Assembly: GCF_006345805.1 (NCBI RefSeq)
Contig: NW_021827041.1
Coordinates: 1 to 11,844, forward strand
Length of the DNA: 11,844 nucleotides
Source: Octopus sinensis
Taxonomy: Eukaryota
Reading direction: 5' to 3'
Shown here: positions 1-8,958 of the stretch, one piece after another
Layout of the letters: each line of letters begins with the position of its first letter
Numbering within the stretch: position 1 is the first letter of the stretch
Notes under the pieces: model-generated
What the model saw: the letters and a program-made list of their open reading frames with translations, nothing else
Database searches by the model: none
Told to the model about the DNA's origin: nothing
Program-made: the position numbers and the translations under genes

Positions 1-141
1 CATCATCATCATCATCATCATCATCATCGTCGTCGTCGTCGTCATCATCATCATCATCATCACAATCATCATCGTCATCGTCATCAACAACAACAACAAC
101 GACGACAACAGCAACAACAACAACGACAGCAGCAATAACAG
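1..141. repeat. Compound trinucleotide microsatellite (CAT/CGT/CAA/CGA/CAG)
   Basis: Directly visible runs of catcat, cgtcgt, caacaa, cgacga and cagcag. Confidence 0.95.
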
Positions 142-271
142 CCATGAGAACGATTCCAATCCAGCGCTGCTCGAATTAACGAGGCCGTTCTTGCGTGGTC
201 GTCAAATCTGTCCCAAATCACGCTCTCCTGTTTTTAAACGGAGACTTTGTAAATTGTAATAAAAAATGTTT

Positions 272-464
272 CCTTCTCAAGCCATGCCAGGCTCATAAGG
301 TCCGGTTTCCCAGATTCAGTGGTGTATACATTCCCCACCTGGACGAGACGCTAGTCCCTCGCAGGATTAACTCATTTCTGCCAGCTGAGTGGACTGGAGC
401 AACGTGAAATGAAGTGTTTTGCTCAAGGACACGGCGTTGCTCAGTCCAGGAATCGAAACCTACG
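272..464 (-). mobile_element. tRNA-derived SINE, 5'-truncated, with CORE-like and V-like segments
   Basis: Minus strand reads B-box-like GGTTTCGATTCC, then GTGTCCTTGAGCAAAACACTTCATTTCAC (CORE-like), then CCTGCGAGGGACTAGCGTCTCGTCCAGG (V-domain-like). Domain names are from memory. Confidence 0.65.
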
Positions 465-468
465 CCAA

Positions 469-514
469 CAGTAGCAAAAGCAACAGCGTCACTACAACAG
501 CAACAGCAGCAGCA
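469..514. repeat. Degenerate (CAA/CAG)n tract
   Basis: caacagcaacagcagcagcag; this is the source of the polyQ and polyC runs in ORFs 414..623 and 293..754. Confidence 0.85.
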
Positions 515-524
515 GAAAGAACGG

Positions 525-875
525 TTGCAACAAAATTTTAAAATCCCCTGTGACTCCCTAATTGATGTTCGGAGACCAGACATCATTGTAGTGGATAAAG
601 GGAAAAGGAAACTAAGATCATAGATATTGCCATACCTGGGGATGTACAAAGCGTTAGAAGAGGTGGGAAAATAAAAGTCACTAAAAGACGAAATTGCAAG
701 AATGTGGGAAATAAGGAGATTAACTGTTATTCCCGTAGTTGTAGGGGCACTCAAAGCCCCAACAACCAGGTTCGAGAAATATGTCAGAAAAATTGGAATT
801 GATATGAGGACGGAACATGCTTAAAAAACTGCTCTTTGGGGACAGCCAGGATTTTGAGATTGATGCTTGGTGTTG
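525..875 (+). pseudogene. Decayed C-terminal RLE domain of an R4/Dong-like non-LTR retrotransposon
   Basis: Translation across frameshifts and stops: QNFKIPCDSLIDVRRPDIIVVDK / KIIDIAIPGD / KSLKDEIARMWEIRRLTVIPVVVGAL / KTAL-GTARILRLML. The RPD...D catalytic pattern and the terminal 'PVVVGAL' and 'GTARILR' motifs are typical of RLE elements. Confidence 0.85.
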
Positions 876-1173
876 AGTATATTCCAAGATACTTAACACC
901 TTGGCACCAAATCTTATAATTCGTGGAAAGAAAGCCTGTGAAACCTTTGTTTAGCAATAAAACAAAGTGTCTGTCTTCAGTCATATCAATCTTGTTCGCC
1001 ATAGAGTCCCTTTCACCATAGCAACGAGACAAATAGAAATGCTTGATCTTTCTCGGACAAACTACAGAGGCAGCACAACGACTCGCACGACTGAATCGGT
1101 AGATAGTGGGATCGAACAACATCAGCGAAATACCATCAATGCCAATATTGCGACTATACGAAGTGGTGCATTT

Positions 1174-1189
1174 ATGTATACATACGCAC

Positions 1190-1243
<54 letters not shown>

Positions 1244-1307
1244 TATATAGGTACATGTGCGTACATGTATATATATATATATAAGTATATATCTACTACC
1301 TACTATC

Positions 1308-1388
<81 letters not shown>

Positions 1389-1409
1389 GTCTGTCTGTCT
1401 ATCTGTATA

Positions 1410-1476
<67 letters not shown>

Positions 1477-1696
1477 TCATATATATATATATATGTGTAT
1501 GTATGGACATTTATTATTTATATTGCATTTTATATATATATATACATATATATATCTGCATACATACATGCATGCGTACATACAATCATACATGCGTACA
1601 TACATACATACAAATATAGATACATATATATGTATACACACGCACACACACTCACACACACACACACACTCACACTCACGCACACACACACATATT
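1174..1696. repeat. Compound microsatellite block (AT)n, (TATC)n, (TCTG)n, (CT)n, (TACA)n, (CA)n
   Basis: Directly visible; explains ORFs 1106..1918, 1257..1619, 1459..1701 and 1477..1689. Confidence 0.95.
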
Positions 1697-1702
1697 TATG
1701 AG

Positions 1703-1803
1703 CCACCACTGTCTACATTCGCCATATCACAAACAACACTAACACCACCACCATTAGCACCGCTACTCTCACTGCCACCACTATCACAACCACCACCACC
1801 ATT
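1703..1803. repeat. Degenerate (CCA)n low-complexity tract
   Basis: caccaccaccattagcaccgctact...caccaccaccacc. Confidence 0.7.
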
Positions 1804-2377
1804 CTTCACGGTACTTACAGCACAGAGGCCTGTTCCACCCTGCCGTACTTACTCTCCTAGGAGCAAAATCTCTGAAAACATAAAACCTACGGCAATAGCT
1901 CTACATACATGGAAGTAATGTGTTGTTTGTGTTTGTAGAAGCCAACTGGATTACCTCCAATTCAATATTGCGCTTGGCACCGTCGGGCATTTATTGTCAG
2001 GAATTATAAAATCATAAAGCAGGCGTCTGACAACCAGTCTTTTACAGAACAAGGTCGAACTCTTCGTAAGTTCTCTTGGGATTTAGCCTTCATGCCAAAG
2101 TTTTTACCATTTTAAAACTATCTACACGGAACGACGAGACGTTAGTCATAATAAGTCCCAGTTCTTGTCGATATTAAAAAGAATGTTATTTGCAATTTGT
2201 CCCGGGAGTGTGGTTCCGTACCATTATATATGGAAGGTCGATAGCGAAACGCATGGAAATTTACTGCGGCGAACTGCAGTAAACTGTTCTTTTTCTCAGC
2301 CGGTTGGAATTCACTGTTCTTGTGCGTGTGTGTATGTCTGTATGTATGTGCGGGAGTTCTCATTCATTTGTTGTTAC

Positions 2378-2415
<38 letters not shown>

Positions 2416-2450
2416 ATTATTATAATTATTATTATTATTATTATTGTTAT
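2378..2450. repeat. (TAT)n / (TAA)n microsatellite
   Basis: Direct; abuts the 3' end of the RLE fragment at 2451-2603. Confidence 0.95.
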
Positions 2451-2602
2451 TCAGTAGTTTTATTTTTTATAGCGTGCTTTCACTTCACTACCGAGCGCAG
2501 CTCTGTGTGCCTTGGGTATGTGCTGTGATTTGTTGTGATGCTCTGACGGTTATTGTATGGAAAGTGTTCTGCGTAGGATGTGTGCAGTGCCTAGTAGTGC
2601 AA

Positions 2603-2603
<1 letters not shown>
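2451..2603 (-). mobile_element. Severely 5'-truncated R4/Dong-like element (last 17 codons plus 3' UTR)
   Basis: Minus strand encodes IALLGTAHILRRTLSIQ* (stop at 2550-2552), followed by about 100 bp of UTR that runs into (TAA)n. (TAA)n also lies on the 5' side. Confidence 0.8.
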
Positions 2604-2642
<39 letters not shown>

Positions 2643-2718
2643 TTATTATTATTATTATTATATTATTATTATCATCATCATCATCATCATCATCATCACC
2701 ATCATTATTATTATTATA
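2604..2718. repeat. (TAT)n with an internal (CAT)n segment
   Basis: Direct; separates two head-to-tail RLE element fragments. Confidence 0.95.
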
Positions 2719-4298
2719 TATTTGACTTTTGCTTTGTATTTGTACAAGTTGACTCCAAGTTTCACCCAGAGACCTCAAGAGACAACAAGTTGGAAGTTCA
2801 TGTGGGTGTTATGCCTAGGGTGTCATATATTATTGTTCTAGAGAATGTATAAGAAAACATAAGAAAATTATGTTTGTTTTAAAATTTGAGATTACAGAGA
2901 CAGTATTTTACGTAGGATATGGGCAGTTCCCGTGAGCACTATCTTTTGAATTTCTGCCATTTTGGGGTTTCCTGGTGTCTGAGTTAGGTAGGAATCAGCC
3001 CCTTTTGCTATCATTCCTAGGGCACCTATGACAACAAGTATTGTTTTAGCCTTTTGCCAATTTCTCTTTCACGATCTTTATACTTGCTCAGCTTTTGGTA
3101 GGTCTTGACAGATACGTTTATATCGATTGGGACAGTCATATCAATGAGGAGGCATGATTTTTGTCTGATGTCCTTCAATATAATATCTGGCCGATTCGCA
3201 TCTACCTCTGTCAATTTGAACGGTGATGTTCCAGAGGAGTGAGATGTGATAACTTTCAAGCACTGAAGGTGGTTTGTGTTACCACCAGTTTTTATCATGG
3301 GACAGGTCCAGGTTTTTGCAAATTACCCGGTGAATATATTGTGCTGCTCTATCATTCCTGTTGAGATACTCTGTAGACGCTAGAAGACTGCACATGGAGA
3401 CAGCATAATCAATGGTTTCATTTTACTGTTGGCATATACAACATGTTGGGCGGCTGCCGTTCTTTAATATGTTGACCTGGTAGTTCCTTGTAGGTAGGCA
3501 TTGGTCTTGGGCTGCTATGATAAACCCTTTTGGTTCTGATTTTAAGTCAGGAGCCACTAGCCATTGATGGGTAAGGAAGGAGGAAGCACTCCGTCTGTTA
3601 CGACGATGAGGGTTCCGGTTGATCCGAATCAACGGAACAGCCTGCTCGTGAAATTAACGTGTAAGTGGCTGAGCACTCCACAGACACGTGTACCCTTAAC
3701 GTAGTTCTCGGGGATATTCAGCGTGACACAGAGAGTGACAAGGCCGGCCCTTTGAAATACAGGTACAACAGAAACAGGAAGTAAGAGTGAGAGAAAGTTG
3801 TGGTGAAAGAGTACAGCAGGGATCACCACCATCCCTGCCGGAGCCTCGTGGAGCTTTTAGGTGTTTTCGCTCAATAAACACTCACAACGCCCGGTCTGGG
3901 AAAGCACGATCCTATGACCGTGAGTCCGCTGCCCTAACCACTGGGCCATTGCGCCTCCACGCCATTGATGGGTAAGGGCTTGTCAACATCGGTACTATTA
4001 GCTCTTTTGGGGTATTCGCCATTGAGAGGTTTCTCTTGCCATTTATCAGTAAGAACATCTAAGGCAGCACGGGTTTTTCGTACGGGTTTTCATACGCTTA
4101 GCTTTTTCTGTACTTGTTTCCAGTACGTCTAATTCTGGAATTCTGGAATTTGTTGTATTTGGAATTCACTTAGATATTCCTTTGCCTGTTTTGTGACTGA
4201 GTATGATGCTTTCTTGCTTTCATATTTTGAGACAAGTTTTAACATCCAGTCATCAGAGTTTTTCAGGTAGGTGTCTAGGCCAATTGTGGCAATCTTCA
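2719..4298 (-). pseudogene. 5'-truncated, decayed R4/Dong-like non-LTR retrotransposon (post-RT linker, CCHC zinc knuckle, RLE, 3' UTR), interrupted by a SINE
   Basis: Minus-strand translation: MKIATIGLDTYLKNSDDWMLKLV...DKWQEKPLNGEYPKR...[SINE]...THQWLVAPDLKSEPKGFIIAAQDQCLPTRNYQ...TCCICQQ*NETIDYAVSMC (degenerate CCHC)...EYLNRNDR (RHD-like)...ANRPDIILKD...LLIDMTVP...KLSKYKD...GALGMI...EIQKIVLTGTAHILRKILSL* (stop 2892-2894). Several stops and frameshifts; no RT domain in the window. Confidence 0.9.
3577..3960 (-). mobile_element. Near full-length tRNA-derived SINE (384 bp) with a 17-bp TSD
   Basis: Minus strand starts GTGGAGGCGCAATGGCCCAGTGGTTAGGGCAGCGGAC (A box TGGCCCAGTGG; the B box looks damaged). 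Perfect direct repeat GCCATTGATGGGTAAGG at 3560-3576 and 3961-3977. Confidence 0.9.
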
Positions 4299-4320
4299 TT
4301 ATTATTATTATTATTATTAT

Positions 4321-4352
<32 letters not shown>

Positions 4353-4364
4353 TAATATATATAA

Positions 4365-4410
<46 letters not shown>

Positions 4411-4419
4411 TATATATAT
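4298..4419. repeat. (ATT)n grading into (AT)n
   Basis: Direct; abuts the 5' truncation point of the RLE element. Confidence 0.95.
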
Positions 4420-4567
4420 GTTGGTGTGTTAAGAAGTTTGCTTCAAAACCACATGATTTCGGGTTCAGTTCTACCGCATGTCATTTTTGGTGTCTTCTGC
4501 TATAGCCTAGGGCCAACCAAAGTCTTGTGAGTGGATTTGGTAGACGGAAACTGAAAGAAGCCTATCG
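4420..4567 (+). mobile_element. 5' half of a tRNA-derived SINE (same family as 9858-10284)
   Basis: Aligns by eye to 9870-10021: aaccacatg.t.cgggttcagt...gtgtcttctgctatagc...ttgtgagtggatttggtagacggaaactgaaagaagcct. Confidence 0.85.
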
Positions 4568-4627
4568 CATGTATGCATGTATGCATGTATGCATGCATGT
4601 ATATGTGTGTGTGTTTGTGTGTGAGTG

Positions 4628-4670
<43 letters not shown>

Positions 4671-4768
4671 GTACACATATGGCATACATTTATCTACGTA
4701 TATAATATATATTATATATATGTAATATATACATATGCATACATTTTATTACACACACACACACACAT

Positions 4769-4803
<35 letters not shown>

Positions 4804-4822
4804 TATATATATATATATATAC
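4568..4822. repeat. Compound (ATGC/ATGT)n, (GT)n, (AT)n, (AC)n microsatellite
   Basis: Direct; begins where this SINE family carries an internal microsatellite (compare 10022-10070). Confidence 0.9.
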
Positions 4823-5097
4823 CAATCTATTTATCTTACCTTTATGAGATTATGTGTACAAGAGTATTCAATATTCTCCATTTCATGTTTTCTCTTCTAA
4901 TTAAATTTGTTTTATATTCGTCTGTAATTTGCTTCTCCTAATTTTATCTGGTTATTTGTGCATGTTTTTAAAGAATATATATTGATTTTTATCTCCATAT
5001 CAAACTGCAAAATATTTTTCACTCCACAGCGTATCTTTAAATAACATCGTTTTTCAACACTACGCGTCCTTGTAAGCTTCATCTACATACAATAAAA

Positions 5098-5280
5098 AAT
5101 TTCTCCGTTTCATATATTGCATCCGTCCAGCCCTCACGGCGAGGTCACCTTTACCTGTCATCCATTTCAGGCGTCGATAAAATAGACTACAGATCAATCA
5201 GTGTAATTGTTTAATCCTTCTCACTCTCTCAAAAAAAAAAAACAATGCTGGCCTTGAGCCAGAATTAGAAATAACTATAA
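5098..5280 (+). mobile_element. Old diverged SINE copy (array-related family, tail type A)
   Basis: ggcgaggtcacctttacctgtcatccatttcaggcgtcgataaaatag resembles the gccgaggtcgactttgcctttcatcctttcggggtcgat core; tail gctggccttgagccagaattagaaat. Confidence 0.55.
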
Positions 5281-5289
5281 CTTTTATTG

Positions 5290-5376
5290 TCGGTGGTCAA
5301 ACAGAATCGGTGGCGTGTCTCGCAAACAATGTTGCGGTATTTTGTTCAGCTTCTTTGAGCTCCGACTTCAAATTCC
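5290..5376 (+). mobile_element. 5' part of an old SINE copy split by the array insertion
   Basis: cagaatcggtggcgtg...gcggtattttgttc...cttcaaattcc is a diverged version of the array's head; the element resumes at 7828. Confidence 0.65.
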
Positions 5377-7811
5377 TATTTCTTTACTACCCACAAGGGG
5401 CTAGATACAGAGAGGACAAACAAGGACAGACAAACGGCTTAAGTCGATTATATCGACCCCAGTGCGTAACTGGTAGTTATTTAATTAGACCCCGAAAGGA
5501 TGAAAGGCAAAGTCGACCTCGGCGGAATTTGAACTCAGACGTTACGGCAGACGAAATACTTATTTCTTTACTACCCCAAGGGGCTAAACACAGAGAGACA
5601 AACAGGACAGACAAACGGATTAAATCGATTATATCGACCCCAGTGCGTAACTGGTACTTATTTAATCGACCCCGAAAGGATGATAAGGCAAAGTCGACCT
5701 CGGCGGAATTTGAACTCAAGACGTTACGGCAGACGAAATACTTATTTCTTTACTACCCACAAGGGGCTAAACACAGAGAGGACAAACAAGGACAGACAAA
5801 CGCTTCTTAAGTCGATTATATCGACCCCAGTGCGTAACTGGTAGTTATTATTAGACCCCGAAAGGATGAAAGCAAAGTCGACCTCGGCGGAATTTGAACT
5901 CAGGACGTTACGGCAGACGAAATACTTATTTCTTTACTACCCACAAGGGGCTCTAACACAGAGAGGACAAACAAGGACAGACAAACGGCTTAAGTCGATT
6001 ATATCGACCCCAGTGCGTAACTGGTAGTTATTTAATCGACCCCCGAAAGATGAAAGCAAAATCGACCTCGGCGGAATTGAACTCAGAACTAGCGGCAGAC
6101 GAAATACCTATCTTTACTACCCACAAGGGGCTACACACAGAGAGGACAAACAAGGACAGACAAACGGCCTTTAAGTCGATTATATCGACCCCAGTGCGTA
6201 ACTGGTATTATTTAATCGACCCCGAAAGGTGAAAGGCAAAGTCGACCTCCGCGGCGGAATTTGAACTCAGGACGTTTGCAGACGAAATACCTATTTCTTT
6301 ACTACCCACAAGGGGCTAAACACAGAGGGGACAAACAAGGACAGACAAACGGATTAAATCGATTATATCGACCCCAGTGCGTAACTGGTACTTATTTAAT
6401 CGACCCCGAAAGGATGAAAGGCAAAGTCGAACCTCGGCGGAATTTGAACTCAGACGTACGGCAGACGAAATACTTATTTCTTTACTACCCACAAGGGGCT
6501 AAACACAGAGAGGACAAACAAGGACAGACAAACGGCTTAAGTCGATTATATCGACCCCAGTGCGTAACTGGTAGTTATTTATTAGACCCCAAAAGGATGA
6601 AAGGTAGAGTCGACCTCGGCGAAATTTGAACTCAGGACGTTACGGCAGACGAAATACTTATTTCTTTACTACCCACAAGGGGCTAAACACAGAGAGGACA
6701 AACAAGGACAGACAAACGGCTTAAGTCGATTATATCGACCCCAGTGCGTAACTGGTAGTTATTTAATCGACCCCGAAAGGATGAAAGGCAAAGTCGACCT
6801 CGGCGAATTTGAACTCAGAACGTAGCGGCAGACGAAATACCTATTTCTTTACTACAACCCGCACAAGGGGCTACACACAGAGAGGACAACAAGGACAGAC
6901 AACGGCTTAAGTCGATTATATCGACCCCAGTGCTGTAACTGGTACTTATTTAATCGACCCCGAAAGGATGAAAGGCAAAGTCGACCTCGCGAATTTGAAC
7001 TCAGGAAGTTTCGGCAGACGAAATACCTATTTCTTTACTACCCACAAGGGGCTAAACACAGAGGGGACAAACAAGGACAGACAAAAACGGATTAAGTCGA
7101 TTATATCGACCCCAGTTCGTAACTGGTAGTTATTTAATAGACCCCGAAAGGATGAAAGGCAAAGTCGACCCCGCGGCGGAATTTGAACTCAGACGTTACG
7201 GCAGACAAAAATACTTATTTCTTTACTACCCACAAGGGGCTAAACACAGAGAGGACAAACAAGGACAGACAAACGGCTTAAGTCGATTATATCGACCCCA
7301 GTTCGTAACTGGTAGTTATTTAATAGACCCCGAAAGGATGAAAGGCAAAGTCGACCTCGGCGGAATTTGAACTCAGGACGTTACGGCAGACAAAATACTT
7401 ATTTCTTTACTACCCACAAGGGGCTAAACACAGAGAGGACAAACAAGGACAGACAAACGGCTTAAGTCGATTATATCGACCCCAGTTCGTAACTGGTAGT
7501 TATTTAATAGACCCCGAAAGGATGAAAGGCAAAGTCGACCTCGGCGGAATTTGAACTCAGGACGTACGGCAGACAAAATATATTTCTTTACTACCCACAA
7601 GGGGCTAAACACAGAGAGGACAAACAAGGACAGACAAACGCTTAAGTCGATATATCGACCCCAGTTCGAAACTGGTTAGTTATTTAATAGACCCCGAAAG
7701 GATGAAAGGCAAAGTCGACCTCGGCGGAATTTGAACTCAGGACGTTACGGCAGACAAAATACTGCTAAGCATTTCGCCCGGCGTGCTAACGATTCTGCCA
7801 GCTCGACGCCT
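5377..7811 (-). repeat. Tandem array of 13 ~184-bp SINE-body units plus one tRNA-like head (7763-7810)
   Basis: Unit anchor TATTTCTTTACTAC at about 5378, 5561, 5743, 5927, 6109, 6292, 6475, 6659, 6842, 7028, 7216, 7400 and 7581 (spacing 181-188 bp). Minus-strand unit: B-box-like GAGTTCAAATTCC, central GCCTTTCATCCTTTCGGGGTCGAT...TAAGTACCAG (Meta-domain-like, from memory), tail ...GCCCCTTGTGGGTAGTAAAGAAATA. The head GGCGTCGAGCTGGCAGAATCGTTAGCACGCCGGGCGAAATGCTTAGC occurs once in the array. Confidence 0.95.
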
Positions 7812-7953
7812 TCCGGCTTCAAATTCCGCCGAGACCAACTTTTCGTCTCTTAATTATGGTTGTAAAATAAAGTACGAAACAAGTACTGGGAACAATGTAA
7901 TCAACAACACCCCTCCCCTCAAAACTATTGGCCTTAATTAGAAACTATAATTA
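7812..7953 (+). mobile_element. 3' part of the old SINE copy split by the array (includes the right TSD copy)
   Basis: cttcaaattccgccgagaccaacttt...aagtactgggaacaatgtaatcaac...cccctcccctcaaaactattggcctta continues the element begun at 5290. Confidence 0.65.
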
Positions 7954-7964
7954 AAGCAGAATAA

Positions 7965-8107
7965 GGTGGGTGAGCGAGCAGAATTGTTAGCAAGCCGGAC
8001 AAAATGTTTAGCAGCATTTCGTCCGGCTTCACTTTCTGAGTTCTAATTCCACTGGGGTCGACTTTGCCTTTCATCCCCTCGGGGTCGATGGATTAAGTAC
8101 CAGTGAG
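7965..8107 (+). mobile_element. SINE copy with head and central domain but no tail (array-related family)
   Basis: gcagaattgttagcaagccggacaaaatgtttagcagcatttcgtc...ctgagttctaattcc...gtcgactttgcctttcatcccctcggggtcgatggattaagtaccag matches the reverse complement of the array head plus unit. Confidence 0.85.
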
Positions 8108-8164
8108 AAGACATTGCATACTGAGGATTTGTTTTAGAATTTCGGATAAAATATATCCAATCAA

Positions 8165-8420
8165 TACATGCGCGCACGCACACAGAGATACAGACACAGA
8201 CAGACAGACAGACAGACACACACACACACCACACACACGCACACATACATACATATGTACATATATATACGTGTGTATCTATCCATCTACATACATACAT
8301 GCATACATACATATATACATACACACACACATATATATGTACTGTATATATATATATATATAATGTATGTATATATCTACATCAATCTCTCTCTCTTCTC
8401 TCTCTCTCTCTCTCTCTGTC

Positions 8421-8473
<53 letters not shown>

Positions 8474-8481
8474 TTATATAT
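8165..8481. repeat. Compound microsatellite (CAGA)n, (CA)n, (TACA)n, (AT)n, (CT)n
   Basis: Direct. Confidence 0.95.
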
Positions 8482-8604
8482 CGTCAATTCAAATAAATAA
8501 AAAGTTCAAATAAACGAATAAAAAAACGAAAAAAAAACGAAAAACAACGAACGTGAGGGCATGCTCAAGACATGAATTAGCTTGACGCTGGGTAAAAGGA
8601 GAGA

Positions 8605-8640
8605 GTTTAACGTTTCGAGCATTAGCTCTTCGTCGGAAAC
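8605..8640 (-). ncRNA. Minimal type I hammerhead ribozyme-like motif (Penelope-like element type)
   Basis: Minus strand: GUUU-CCGACGA-A-GAGC-UAAU-GCUC-GAAA-CG-UU-AAAC. Stem I GUUU/AAAC, core CCGACGA (U4C variant of CUGANGA), stem II GAGC/GCUC, GAAA, palindromic AACGUU stem III, GUU cleavage triplet. Confidence 0.7.
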
Positions 8641-8698
8641 AAGAAAGGTAAAAGTCCAAAGATGGAGAAGAAATCGCCAACGGCACACGAGTAGTCAC

Positions 8699-8868
8699 AT
8701 ATATGTCTGTATGTATGAATGTGTATATATGTGTATATGCATGTATATATGTATATATGTATGCATGAATGCGTGCATGCATCCACGTATGTATGAATGT
8801 ATGTATGTGTGCGTGCGTGCGTGTGTGAGTGTATGTATGTATATGTATGTATATATATATGTGTGTGA
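8699..8868. repeat. (TATG)n / (GT)n / (GCGT)n microsatellite
   Basis: Direct. Confidence 0.9.
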
Positions 8869-8958
8869 GCGTACTTCAACGCAATACACAATTCCGCGCT
8901 CTAAAGCATGCTTGAAAACTCAATGACGAATCTTACATTTTTTTACAAGATAATATAA

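Noticed and set aside
784-1918. Long ORFs 784..1266, 967..1284 and 1106..1918
   Set aside because: Largely translations of (AT)n, (TATC)n and (CA)n repeats; no recognisable domain in the unique parts.
1855-1920. Possible micro-exon (ctcctag|...|gtaatg)
   Set aside because: Weak splice signals, no recognisable peptide and no partner exons.
2260-2283. Hairpin TTTACTGC-N8-GCAGTAAA resembling a terminator
   Set aside because: Eukaryotic context and no associated gene; an 8-bp stem can occur by chance.
5377-7700. Single-base indels between array units as biological variation
   Set aside because: Many are unit-private and fall in homopolymers, consistent with long-read consensus error. Only shared substitutions were used for inference.
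5377-7762. CRISPR array, or a repeat-protein gene from ORFs such as 5310..5810, 6261..6629 and 7152..7370
   Set aside because: Units are contiguous with no unique spacers and no cas genes. Unit lengths vary out of frame, so the ORFs are incidental.
5377-7762. Hammerhead ribozyme in the array unit (retrozyme hypothesis)
   Set aside because: GATGA and GAAA words occur, but I found no CUGANGA-stem II-GAAA arrangement on either strand. An Infernal search would be needed to exclude other ribozyme classes.
7700-7810. Functional tRNA gene
   Set aside because: A and B box-like motifs run directly into SINE body sequence and I could not build a cloverleaf. The same applies to the heads near 3960 and 9860.
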